A stretch of 64,000 bases of DNA. Source: Candidatus Thermofontivivens primus (GTDB lineage Bacteria > Sysuimicrobiota > Sysuimicrobiia > Sysuimicrobiales > Thermofontiviventaceae). Position numbers and translations under genes: made by a program. Location: positions 1-64,000 of the forward strand of contig JAVKJW010000007.1 in the NCBI GenBank assembly GCA_031458695.1. The letters run 5' to 3'. Each line of letters begins with the position of its first letter. The first letter of the stretch is position 1. Below, piece after piece: positions 37,221 to 46,545 of the stretch. The notes under the pieces were generated by a model. It had not been told where the DNA came from. It ran no database searches and was given only the letters and a program-made list of their open reading frames with translations.

Positions 37221-37945
37221 CGTTCACCGCCTCCCGAGGAGAGATCCTCTGCGATCGCCACAAGCCCGTGGGGGAACCGGATGAGGATGCGAGCTCGTCG
37301 GCTCTCGATCAGCCCTCGTTGCTCCCAGCGGGCAAGGATGCGGCTTGCGGTGTAGATGGTGGTTCCGGCCATCTCCGCGAGGTCCTGGCGGGAGAGGGGG
37401 AGGTCGATGAGAACTCCTCCTTCTACCTTCCGGCCGGACTGCCGAAGGAGGCGAAGGAGGGCGCGGGCGATCCTCTGCTCCACCCGTTCAGTGGCCATCT
37501 CCCTCAGCCGGTCCTGGAGCTCCTGGACGCGGTCTGCGAGGAGATGGAGGGCGTTTACCGCCAGACGGGGAAAGCTTTCCATGAGCCGGGACATCGTCTC
37601 CCCATCCCAGCACAGGGCCGTGCACTCCTCTACGGCCTGCGCCGAAACAGGGTAGGTCGCGTCCCCCAACGCCGCGATCCCCCCAAACATCTCTCCATCC
37701 CTGACAAAGCGCAGGAGCACCTCCTGGCCCTCGGGCGTCGTCTGGGTCAATCGCACCCGGCCGCGGAGGAGGATGTAGAGGAACCTTGCTGGATCTCCTT
37801 GGTGGAAGAGGAACTCCCCTTTGGGGAAACGGCGGGTCCGCGCCCGATGGACGATCTCCTCGAGTTCCGGAAGGCTGAGGCCAGAGAACAGGGGAATCCC
37901 CTGGACAATGGAGAGATCGTGGGGAGGAATACCCGCAGTAGGCAT
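37211..37945 (-). CDS. Crp/Fnr family regulator (Dnr/NnrR-like)
   Basis: LFHQGD, GEMFG, LSRQDLAEMAGTTIYTASR HTH; no FNR cysteine cluster. Confidence 0.9.
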   Translation of the reverse strand: MPTAGIPPHDLSIVQGIPLFSGLSLPELEEIVHRARTRRFPKGEFLFHQGDPARFLYILLRGRVRLTQTTPEGQEVLLRFVRDGEMFGGIAALGDATYPVSAQAVEECTALCWDGETMSRLMESFPRLAVNALHLLADRVQELQDRLREMATERVEQRIARALLRLLRQSGRKVEGGVLIDLPLSRQDLAEMAGTTIYTASRILARWEQRGLIESRRARILIRFPHGLVAIAEDLSSGGGERLR

Positions 37946-38101
37946 GGGAACAGGCCTCTAGATTCCTTCTGTGCACATTATACCTAGCTGGGAGGAGGTT
38001 GCAAAGCAAGCCGGCAAGGAGAAATGCTCCACGGGCTCGTAATATAGGGTTATGTGCCCTGGCAAAAGCCTTTTTGCTGGGGTTACGGAGAGGTGAGGGG
38101 G

Positions 38102-39133
38102 ATGGAGGAGGTCGGTGAGGGGATCTTCCGCCTCCAGGTGGAGATGCCAGGCCCCCTTGGGTCTGTTAATTGCTTTCTTCTCGAGGGCGGAGGCGAAGTG
38201 GTGCTCGTGGACACAGGGCCGGATGTAGCCGTCTCCCGGCAAGCTCTCTTGCGGGAGCTGCGTGCCCTTGGGAAACGCCTCGAGGAGATCACCCGCATCC
38301 TCATCACCCATGGACACCCGGATCACTGCGGGTTCGCCAAGCGGGCCCGGCAGGACCACGGGATCCCCTTCTGGATCCACCCGCTGGATGCCGAGTATTA
38401 CGCCAGGATGCACCGAGGAGAACTTACTCTCCAGGCCCAAACCTGGATCCGTCGCGAGGTACCTGAAGAAGCTGTCTCACAGATCGAGATGGGACTTTGG
38501 GGGATGATGGGGATCGTCCAAGAGGAGATCCCATGGGATTCCTGCGACATCCCAAGAGAGGTCCCCGATCAGAAACCCATGGTGTTCCATGTTGGCGAGA
38601 TGGAGTGGAGAGTCTTCCACACCCCCGGGCACTCCCCTGGGCACGTGTGCCTGTACGAGCCTCACCTTGGGATCCTCCTCAGCGGAGACCTTGTGCTCCC
38701 CCAGGAGACTCCCCACATTGGGCTAGATGGGAGCAATTCAGGAGATCCCCTGGCCAACTACCTCGCCTCCCTTCACCTTCTGGAATCCCTCCCTGCGCGG
38801 CTCGTCCTGCCAGGCCACGGGGAGCCTTTCCACGATTTGGGGGAGAGGATCCTCGAGCTCCGCGCCCATCATCAGGAGCGACTCCACCTGATCCTCGAGG
38901 CTGTGCGGGAAGGGGCTCAGGGGATCTACGAGGTAGCCCAGCGCATCCGCTGGACTCCAAAGAAAGTCTCCTTTGGAGAGTTGGATCCCATCAACCAGTT
39001 CCTGGCGCTCCAAGAGGCCGCAGCGCACCTGGAGCACCTCGTCGCAAGAAACTGCCTCCAGCGCATCCCCAGCGAGGGGCCCACGCGGTTCGTCTTCCTC
39101 ACAGAGGAAGGTGTCCTGGGGAAAGGGCTGTGA
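38102..39133 (+). CDS. MBL-fold metallo-hydrolase
   Basis: THGHPDH, TPGHSPGH, SGD, PGHG. Confidence 0.9.
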   Translation: MEEVGEGIFRLQVEMPGPLGSVNCFLLEGGGEVVLVDTGPDVAVSRQALLRELRALGKRLEEITRILITHGHPDHCGFAKRARQDHGIPFWIHPLDAEYYARMHRGELTLQAQTWIRREVPEEAVSQIEMGLWGMMGIVQEEIPWDSCDIPREVPDQKPMVFHVGEMEWRVFHTPGHSPGHVCLYEPHLGILLSGDLVLPQETPHIGLDGSNSGDPLANYLASLHLLESLPARLVLPGHGEPFHDLGERILELRAHHQERLHLILEAVREGAQGIYEVAQRIRWTPKKVSFGELDPINQFLALQEAAAHLEHLVARNCLQRIPSEGPTRFVFLTEEGVLGKGL

Positions 39134-41324
39134 GGTGCGCAAGCAGATTCTGCGCTTCCGAGGGATCCCTCAAGGAGAATTTTGCCTGTGAAGGGGCAAG
39201 ACCTACCCGGATCGTGAAGGCTTCCTGCGGGAGGCTAGCGAACAGGTCCTCGTCCGCCCGGTCATCCCCCATCGCCAGGATGAAATCGGACGGCGTCTTG
39301 TGGAGGAAGTACAGCGCAGCCCTCCCCTTGTCCACCCCAATGGGCCGGACCTCTACCACCTTGTTCCCGTGGAGTACCTGGACATCGACATGGGTGGTCG
39401 CACGGAGGAGGGTATCGATCAACTCTTTCGCTCGCATCGAGGCCACCTCAGGATCCGCCAAGCGGTAGTGCCAGGCCAAAGCGTACTCTTTCTCCTCCAC
39501 AAAGGCCCCGGGAACGTATTCTGCGTAGCTGTGGAGGAGGGAGAGGAGGTGGGGTTTCCAATCGTTTGTCACGGGGCTCAGCAGGCGCCACCCCTCCCCG
39601 CGCTCTTTGATCCAAACCCCGTGCTCTGCAACGAGGGCGACATCGAGCGTGCCAAACCAGCGATCGAGGGTCTCCCTGTCCCGGCCGCTTGTCAGCACCA
39701 CCTGATTGCGGGGATCTCTACTGAGCTCCTGGAGGAGCGCCAAAAGTTCTCCAGGAGGTCTCGCTTGAGAAGGATCGCCTGTGTAAGGGACGAGGGTGCC
39801 ATCGTAATCCAGGAACAGGACCCTCCGCTGGGCACCATGGTAGGCCCGAACCACCTGCGCTTTCTCCTGGGGATCCAGGGAGCGAGCCTGGAATCGCGCT
39901 TGTTCTCTGTGGAAGGTGAGCAAGGAGTGCAGGAAGTCGCTGGCCCAGCGCACCACATCATACCGCTTCAGGCGCTCCTGCATCACCTGGATCCTCCGGA
40001 TCTGCTCTTCTTCCGGCATCTCCAGGGCTTCCCCGATAGCTGTAGCGATCTCCTCCACGTGGGTCGGGTTGATGAGGATCGCCTCGCGGAGCTCGTGGGC
40101 GGCGCCAGCTGTCTCACTGAGGATCAGCACCCCTCCCCCATCCCTCCTGCTCGCCACGTACTCCTTAGCGATGAGGTTCATCCCGTCCCTGAGTGGGGTC
40201 ACCAGGGCGATGTCGCTGGCTGTATAAAGGGCAGCCAGGGAGTGGAAGGGCAGGTAGGTATACTGGTACATAATGGGTGCCCAGCCGATGGTCCCGAACC
40301 TGCCGTTGATTTTTCCCACAAGCTCGTCGATCTGCCTCTTGGTCCGCCGGTAGTGCTCTACACCCACACGGGAGGGGACGACGACCATGAGCAACACAAC
40401 CTTCCCATGCCACCTGGGGTTCCTCTCCAGGAACCGCTCGTAGCCCTGCAAGCGGTTGAGAACGCCCTTGGAGTAGTCCAGCCGATCCACGGAGAGGATC
40501 ACCTTAAGACCACCAAGCCGCTCTTTGAGCTTCCCCCTCTCCATCTGGACCTCCGGGCGTTCCCCAGCTTCGAAGAACCTCTGGAAGTGGATCCCCATGG
40601 GGAAGGTGCCCGCCTGCACAAGGCGGTCGCCCACAGCAATCCTACCCATGGTGTGCGTGTACCCCAAGAACCGGAGGACGCATCGGAGGAAGTCGTAGGT
40701 GTACTCGTGGGTGTGGAATCCTATAAGGTCTGCACCGAGCAACCCTTCGAGGATCTCGCCCCGCCACCGGCTGGGGAGGAGGCGGAAGAGCTCGAAAGAT
40801 GGGAAGGGGATGTGCAGGAAGAACCCAATGGGCACACCTGGCGCGCGCTCCCGCAAAAGCTTGGGAAGGAGCATGAGGTGATAGTCGTGGACCCACACCA
40901 CGTCCTCTGGCCCGAGGATCTCCACGACCGCCTCACAGAACTTCTCGTTGACGCGCTTGTAGTGGTTCCACAGCTCCTCTTCGTACACCGCATAGGAGGG
41001 GAAATAGTGGAAGAGCGGCCAGATGGTCCTGTTGCAAAAGCCCAGGTAAAACTTCTCCATCTCCTCCTCGGAGAGAAAGACGGGGTAGGCACGGGACCGC
41101 TCCAGGAGAGATGACCGCAACCACCCCCGGTCCCCCTCTGGAACAGCGATCCCCGGCCAGCCGACCCAGATGTACTCCTGCTGGGTAAATGGAGATTCCC
41201 TAAGTGAGTCCAGGTAGGCGCTCAGCCCGGAGACAAGGCCCCCAGCACTTGCCTGGAAACGGAGCTTCCCCTCCCTCTCGACGACGGTGACAGGGAGCCG
41301 GTTGGACACCACAAGGAGTCTCAT
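39099..41324 (-). CDS. Bifunctional trehalose-6-phosphate synthase/phosphatase (OtsA-OtsB fusion)
   Basis: VSNRLP, WVHDYHL, FLHIPFP, VDRLDYSKG, DGMNL; HAD domain DYDGTL, GDDRADED. Confidence 0.95.
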   Translation of the reverse strand: MRLLVVSNRLPVTVVEREGKLRFQASAGGLVSGLSAYLDSLRESPFTQQEYIWVGWPGIAVPEGDRGWLRSSLLERSRAYPVFLSEEEMEKFYLGFCNRTIWPLFHYFPSYAVYEEELWNHYKRVNEKFCEAVVEILGPEDVVWVHDYHLMLLPKLLRERAPGVPIGFFLHIPFPSFELFRLLPSRWRGEILEGLLGADLIGFHTHEYTYDFLRCVLRFLGYTHTMGRIAVGDRLVQAGTFPMGIHFQRFFEAGERPEVQMERGKLKERLGGLKVILSVDRLDYSKGVLNRLQGYERFLERNPRWHGKVVLLMVVVPSRVGVEHYRRTKRQIDELVGKINGRFGTIGWAPIMYQYTYLPFHSLAALYTASDIALVTPLRDGMNLIAKEYVASRRDGGGVLILSETAGAAHELREAILINPTHVEEIATAIGEALEMPEEEQIRRIQVMQERLKRYDVVRWASDFLHSLLTFHREQARFQARSLDPQEKAQVVRAYHGAQRRVLFLDYDGTLVPYTGDPSQARPPGELLALLQELSRDPRNQVVLTSGRDRETLDRWFGTLDVALVAEHGVWIKERGEGWRLLSPVTNDWKPHLLSLLHSYAEYVPGAFVEEKEYALAWHYRLADPEVASMRAKELIDTLLRATTHVDVQVLHGNKVVEVRPIGVDKGRAALYFLHKTPSDFILAMGDDRADEDLFASLPQEAFTIRVGLAPSQAKFSLRDPSEAQNLLAHLTALSPGHLPL

Positions 41325-41418
41325 CGTTCCCCTAAGATCTTCCCCGTTATGAGACCTTCTCCCTCTCCTCTCGCTAAGCCCCTCACCAAAGCCACTTCTG
41401 AGGATCTTGAACCCTCCT

Positions 41419-42543
41419 TCATACCGTGGCTGCCTCCTCGTCTGCGAAGATATTTCCCTCAAAGCGGCGGTTTTCGACAGAAGGAGGGCGGAGGAGCTCG
41501 ATCCGGAAGAGGCTAGAGAAGTACCACGGCCTGTCCGGGCGCACGCGGATGGGGAGCCAGCTCCAGGCACGCATGGTCTCGACATAACCCCAAGTCACAT
41601 AGCTGTTGAAGTCCTCGCGGATATCGGTGATCACCGCTCCGGATTCAAGGAGGAACCTTTGGATCTGCGCCCATTTCTCCAGACTGGATTCTGCGTGGGT
41701 GAGCCCGAAGTATCCTGCGCTCCCCACCCCCCGTACAGCCAGGAGCCCCCGCTCAATGAAGGCACAGAACCCGGCGAAGCTTTCCGTGGGATCGCAAAGG
41801 AAGGTATCAAACCTCCCCCGCCACTCGTGGGGGAGCGGGTCCCGGATGTCGTACCGGGTGGCCTCCAGCATATCAAGCCCTTCCACCCGCGCGACCTCCC
41901 GGATGAACCGGATCAGCCGGTCGTCGATGTCTACGACTAGCACCCTGGAAGGCGCGCCTGTCAGAGCGGCGGCCACGCTCACCAGATCATCGTCCCCGAT
42001 GACCAGGATCTCCTTCCCAGAAAGGTCCCCCCGGGCCAACGCAAAGGCCACCCGGGCCAGCGTCGTCTCCTCAGTGACGTATCCCTGATCATAGACCTGA
42101 AGGGCTTCCGGGCGGCCGCGGCTGATCTCCCGGAACCGCTCGACGACCTCTCGGGGAAGCCTAGCGAAGTCCACCCCTCTTCCCTCACAGGAATCGCAAG
42201 AAGCCTCCCATGCTGGAGCAATGCAAAGGTTGGAGGCAAGCTCCCTCCCGGCCTCAGTGAGAGAGAGGCGACCGTCCTGGACCGCGAGGAGGTCTTTCTC
42301 CTCGAGACGAGACCAGAAGGCGCAGAGAAAGCGCATCGGGACGCGGCTGAGCCGGACAGCCTCCCACATTTCCTCCGTGCTCAGAAGAGCGGCAAGGGCC
42401 CTTTCGGCGTCCCTGTGGGTGAACGGGATGGGCGCATCGGATCTCACCGAATCCAGGATCTCTGCCAGCATCTCTCTCGCCTTTGGGGGAGTGAGAGGTT
42501 CTCCTTTTCCTACCCTCTGGAGAACAACCGTGCTCCTGCGCAT
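41419..42543 (-). CDS. bpsA: N4-bis(aminopropyl)spermidine synthase (branched-chain polyamine synthase, DUF43)
   Basis: YDQG, IGDDDLVS, DIDDRL, FDTF.CDP.ES, GYFGLT; AGGAGGTG RBS. Confidence 0.85.
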   Translation of the reverse strand: MRRSTVVLQRVGKGEPLTPPKAREMLAEILDSVRSDAPIPFTHRDAERALAALLSTEEMWEAVRLSRVPMRFLCAFWSRLEEKDLLAVQDGRLSLTEAGRELASNLCIAPAWEASCDSCEGRGVDFARLPREVVERFREISRGRPEALQVYDQGYVTEETTLARVAFALARGDLSGKEILVIGDDDLVSVAAALTGAPSRVLVVDIDDRLIRFIREVARVEGLDMLEATRYDIRDPLPHEWRGRFDTFLCDPTESFAGFCAFIERGLLAVRGVGSAGYFGLTHAESSLEKWAQIQRFLLESGAVITDIREDFNSYVTWGYVETMRAWSWLPIRVRPDRPWYFSSLFRIELLRPPSVENRRFEGNIFADEEAATV

Positions 42544-42548
42544 TTCCC

Positions 42549-42718
42549 TCACCTCCTTGCTCCAACCTTTTTGCGGGCGAGCGCCTCAGAGAACCGCCCA
42601 TAGAGGAACGGTTGAGGCCGGGACCAGGGAAGGTTTCTTCCGCCAAGCCTCCGGCCTAACCCTCCGGACCAATGTCGCCGGATTCCTCTCACATCAAGGG
42701 CCGATCCACGCTCGCCTA
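42549..42718 (-). promoter_or_regulatory. Structured 5' leader of bpsA containing a 47-codon uORF (42692-42549)
   Basis: GGCGAGCG/CGCTCGCC closing stem plus three internal hairpins; the uORF stop overlaps the bpsA RBS. Confidence 0.45.
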
Positions 42719-42924
42719 GGATGCCAAAGGGAGTAAGGGCCGCGCAGTGCGCGCCCCATAAATAGGCTAGGCGGATTCCCTCCCCAGGTCAAGGGTGAGC
42801 TCTGGGTGTTCACCGCAAGGCTTTTGGTGTCAAGATCCTCCTGACAACCTTTCTCGGGATCCAGGCCATAGGCCTCGAAGAGGAGACCTTTGCCTCTCCG
42901 GCTGGGTCCTGCCGTGCACTCTCC

Positions 42925-44295
42925 TCAGGGGTCAACCCGCGCTCCTGTGTCCTGGAGGCGCAGCTGGATGAGACCGACGAGCTCCTTCCGCCGAATCAAG
43001 AAATGGGGTGTGAGCCGGTATTCCACTGCCACGGCCGCTGTCACACCGGCGGCCTCCCCCATCGCCATGGTCGTCGGCACGACCCGGGCGGAGCCAGCTG
43101 CCTGGTAGGTTGCAGAGAACGCCCGGCTGGCCACAAGGAGGTTGTCGATCCCACGGACGATCAAGCTCCGCAGGGGGATGGTGTAGATCCTTCGCTTTGG
43201 GGCAAAGGGGGAACGTTCCCCCGGCTTATAAGGGTGCAAGTCGATGGGATAGGAGGCAACCGCGATCCTGTCCCAGAAGATCCTGTGGGTCAAGATGTCT
43301 CCCGCGCTGAGGACATACAGCCCCTTGATGTGCCGCGTCTCCCGGATATACAACTCCGGCGCCACCTCGATGAGGTAGGCGCTCTCGAACCCCGGGGCAT
43401 GGTCCCGCAGGTAGGAGACGAAGGCTGGCACGAGGCGTTTGGCCCGGGTGTAGGCGTCCTTCCGGGAAGCGCGGCTCGTCCCGTCCACGCCAAAGAGTTG
43501 CAGGGAGTTCACCCAGACGGTCCCGTCCGGCTGGCGGCCCAGGTTGAGGTCTACCGCCGCGATCTTGGGATCGGGCGAACGAAACCCCTTCACGACCTCG
43601 CGGTAGCCCCACGCGTACCCGAAGCGGACCCCGCCGCGGCGGAACGGCTTGTCCTTCTTGCGGATGTAATCGGTCACCGCCGCCCAGTCCACGCCTCCAA
43701 CGCGGAACACGAGCGTGGCGGCCTGCATCAACCGGTCAATCCCGGATTCCTCCCGTCCCAGGGTATATTCGGCCCCAGCGGCGGCCGCGAAGTCCCCATC
43801 GTCCGTTGCATCGATGGTCACAGGGGCCAGGATCATCCATCGCCTGCCCCGGTGTTGGACAATCGATCCCAGGACTGCATTCCCCTTCCGCACCGGATGG
43901 AGGAACTGGGTACTGAGGTAAACCCGGATCCTCCTTTCAGAAGCGACCTTGCGCGCAAAGAACTCTCGCGCGGCCCGGGGGTCGAAGGTCAACCCCAGCG
44001 CGCGGAACACTTCCGCGAAGATCCCCTCTACGAGGTTGCCTCCGTCGTCCCTGTGGTTGAGATCGAAGGTGTTGAGCATCGCACCTGTCAGGACCGTCCC
44101 GAGGAAAGGCCTGGGTTCGATGAGGACGACAGATCGCCCTTGCCGCGCTGCAGCGAGTGCAGCCGCGATCCCTCCCGGGCTCCCCCCAACGACCAGGACG
44201 TCTGCACGCTCCGGAACTTGGTAGACAGCGGGTTGGGCCAGGAGGGGGAGGGCGAGGGTGAATACCAGGATCAAGAGCAAAACCACCCTTCTCAT
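42925..44295 (-). CDS. Exported FAD-dependent oxidoreductase (FAD_oxidored family)
   Basis: Signal peptide, VVGGSPGGIAAA, IDATDDGD, YIRETR, YPIDLH. Confidence 0.85.
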   Translation of the reverse strand: MRRVVLLLILVFTLALPLLAQPAVYQVPERADVLVVGGSPGGIAAALAAARQGRSVVLIEPRPFLGTVLTGAMLNTFDLNHRDDGGNLVEGIFAEVFRALGLTFDPRAAREFFARKVASERRIRVYLSTQFLHPVRKGNAVLGSIVQHRGRRWMILAPVTIDATDDGDFAAAAGAEYTLGREESGIDRLMQAATLVFRVGGVDWAAVTDYIRKKDKPFRRGGVRFGYAWGYREVVKGFRSPDPKIAAVDLNLGRQPDGTVWVNSLQLFGVDGTSRASRKDAYTRAKRLVPAFVSYLRDHAPGFESAYLIEVAPELYIRETRHIKGLYVLSAGDILTHRIFWDRIAVASYPIDLHPYKPGERSPFAPKRRIYTIPLRSLIVRGIDNLLVASRAFSATYQAAGSARVVPTTMAMGEAAGVTAAVAVEYRLTPHFLIRRKELVGLIQLRLQDTGARVDP

Positions 44296-44409
44296 CCTCG
44301 TTGCAAGTCCCCCCTGAGGTCTCTAGCGCCCATCTTGCTCGGGAGGTTCCAACCGCACTCCATCAGCCCACGGGTTCCCTGCCATCCAAGAAAGCGAGAG
44401 AACGCGATA

Positions 44410-44907
44410 TCAGATCTTCGGCGTGGGAAGTTCCCAGGTAGGCGCGTGCTCCCGCTTGTACACCATGATCGTGCGCTTGAACTCGATCACCACCACCCCA
44501 TCCTGGTTGAACCCAATGGTCCTCACCTTTACGATGCCCATGTGTGGGCGAGATCTCGACTCCCGTTTTTCCAGTACCTCGCTCTGAGCATAAATGGTAT
44601 CCCCCTCGAAGACAGGATGCGGCAGGCGGACCTCCTCCCAACCCAGGTTGATGGCGTTTTGGGAGATATCGGCAACTGTAAGCCCCGTCACAATCGCAAG
44701 GGTGAGCGTAGAGTCCACAAGCGGCCTTCCGAACTCCGTTCTGGAGGCGTACACTTGGTCGAAGTGGATGGGGTTGGTGTTCACCGTGAGCAGGGTGAAC
44801 CAAATGTTGTCCGTCTGGGTGATGGTACGTCCAATGGGGTGGCGGTACACCTCGCCAACGACGAAGTCCTCGTAGAACCTTCCCTGCCTCATCTTCTGGC
44901 CCTGCAT
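44410..44907 (-). CDS. MaoC family (R)-hydratase/dehydratase
   Basis: GRFYEDF.VG, RTIT..DN..F, N.NPIHFD, PVFEGDT. Confidence 0.9.
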   Translation of the reverse strand: MQGQKMRQGRFYEDFVVGEVYRHPIGRTITQTDNIWFTLLTVNTNPIHFDQVYASRTEFGRPLVDSTLTLAIVTGLTVADISQNAINLGWEEVRLPHPVFEGDTIYAQSEVLEKRESRSRPHMGIVKVRTIGFNQDGVVVIEFKRTIMVYKREHAPTWELPTPKI

Positions 44908-45071
44908 GCCCAGATCCCTTCCCTTCCAGGAGATCATGGATTTCCCGGGTGAACAGCTTGCCTCGCGTGCATTCTACAAAGCACCTCTTTTGAGGAAAGC
45001 ATCTTTCGAGGGATTCACGACCCTTTCCTGTCAGCACCGCGGAAATCCCACGGAGATCTTTGTGCGGTCCC

Positions 45072-46292
45072 TCAGGTGGATGCGCGTGCCTGCTCGCAAG
45101 ATGCGCTCCCGAGAACAATCCCTACCCCGACCAGCGCGACGAGGCCCAGGGAGCTGAACGCCCACCCCCACCCCCCGAAGGCATCCAGAAGGAAGCCAAA
45201 GAGGGCTGGGGAGATGGCGCTTGCGGCGAAACCCAGCGAGGATTGGATGGCTAGGGTGGTTCCAAGTGCCTCCGGGTCCGCGGATTCGGCGACGGCAGTA
45301 GAGAGGGTGCTAGACTCTGCAGTGACGAGGAGGCCGTAAAGGGTAGCGAGGGGCAAGATGACGCGCAGACCATACGGCAGGAGCCAACCGACGCTCAACG
45401 AACAGGCCGCTGAGGCGGTCAGGAAAAGGACGATAGTAGGCCGTCGCCCGAGGTGATCCGAAAGCCATCCTCCCGTGGCGTTGGAGATCGCGCTGGCCAC
45501 GAGCACCAATCCGCCAAAGGCGGAGGCGCGTGCCGTCGCCTGGCCAAGAGGAACGTGGGCGGCCACCCAGCCCGCGGTGAGGAAACTGGGGAGCCAAGCC
45601 CGCATCCCAAAGAGCTCCCAGTTGTGCGCGGCGTAGGCAAGGGAGAAGCGGAGGGCGCGCGCGTTCTGGAGAGCCTGGCGGAAGGGAATCCGGCGGGCAC
45701 GGAGGGGTCGGATATCGAACACCACGGACCAAGCGATCACTGAGGCCGCCAAGGGCCCTAGACCACTTATCATGAACGCCATGCGCCATCCCCGTCGGAG
45801 CAACAGGGATGTCGCAAACAGCGACGCCGCAGCTCCGAGGCTGAAAGCGCTGATATACATCCCCATGGCAGCTCCTCTCCGTCCTGGGGGAGCTCGCTCG
45901 ACAACAAGGCGCATGCCAGGTACGTATGTCCCCGCTAACCCAATGCCGCACAGGATGCGAAAGAATGCAGCGGATCGAAAGTCGTTCGCCAGGAGTGCGA
46001 AAAGTAGACTCGCCAATCCGTTCAACACCGAGGAGAAGAGATAGATCCTCCGCACGCCGACGAGGTCTGTCAGGGAACTCAGGACGAGGACGGCCACCGT
46101 GTAACCGATCTGCTGCATGGCGAAGACCCCTCCTGCCTGTGCACCCGTCATACGCCATTCCACGCGCAGGAGCGGGAGGGTCCCGGAGTACGTACCGAAG
46201 GTGAGCATCGTTCCTAGTTCCGCCAAGGAAAGCCACAAAAGCCAGGGAGTGAACCGCACCGTCTTGGAACCAGTACAGCCCGCCGTTCTCAT
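45072..46292 (-). CDS. MFS transporter
   Basis: About 12 TMs, LTDLVGVRR, GWLSDHLGRR. Confidence 0.9.
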   Translation of the reverse strand: MRTAGCTGSKTVRFTPWLLWLSLAELGTMLTFGTYSGTLPLLRVEWRMTGAQAGGVFAMQQIGYTVAVLVLSSLTDLVGVRRIYLFSSVLNGLASLLFALLANDFRSAAFFRILCGIGLAGTYVPGMRLVVERAPPGRRGAAMGMYISAFSLGAAASLFATSLLLRRGWRMAFMISGLGPLAASVIAWSVVFDIRPLRARRIPFRQALQNARALRFSLAYAAHNWELFGMRAWLPSFLTAGWVAAHVPLGQATARASAFGGLVLVASAISNATGGWLSDHLGRRPTIVLFLTASAACSLSVGWLLPYGLRVILPLATLYGLLVTAESSTLSTAVAESADPEALGTTLAIQSSLGFAASAISPALFGFLLDAFGGWGWAFSSLGLVALVGVGIVLGSASCEQARAST

Positions 46293-46481
46293 GGCCAAAC
46301 CCTTATGCCTTCCTAGTCCCTGGGACCAATCCCAAGCGCCACGTACGCAGAGGATTACGACATGAAAAGACTTCTCTCCTGTGCCATTACCTCAAAGGCA
46401 AACGTTCCTGGTCAGCGAGCCGCCAGAAGCGCGCATTGTAACGGGTAGGAGCTCTTTCCTTGAGGCTATTAACAGGTGCTA

Positions 46482-46545
46482 TTGACAGGTGCAGAGGTAG
46501 TGTTTTAGAATGTTTCACAAAGAAGACTACTATGCCACAATGTGG
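46482..46545 (+). promoter_or_regulatory. Promoter TTGACA-N18-TAGAAT with downstream palindrome CCACAATGTGG
   Basis: Near-consensus hexamers; palindrome 46535-46545 overlaps ATG 46540. Confidence 0.6.

Noticed and set aside
39300..41114. 604-aa plus-strand ORF
   Set aside because: Antisense shadow of the TPS/TPP gene
42640..42665. AAGCCTCCGGCCTAA on the plus strand resembles part of the c-di-GMP-I riboswitch
   Set aside because: The upstream GGCAAAC/GAAA P2 elements are missing, it is antisense to bpsA, and no plus-strand gene follows
43003..44952. 649-aa plus-strand ORF spanning two genes
   Set aside because: Antisense to the FAD oxidoreductase and MaoC genes; no domain signature
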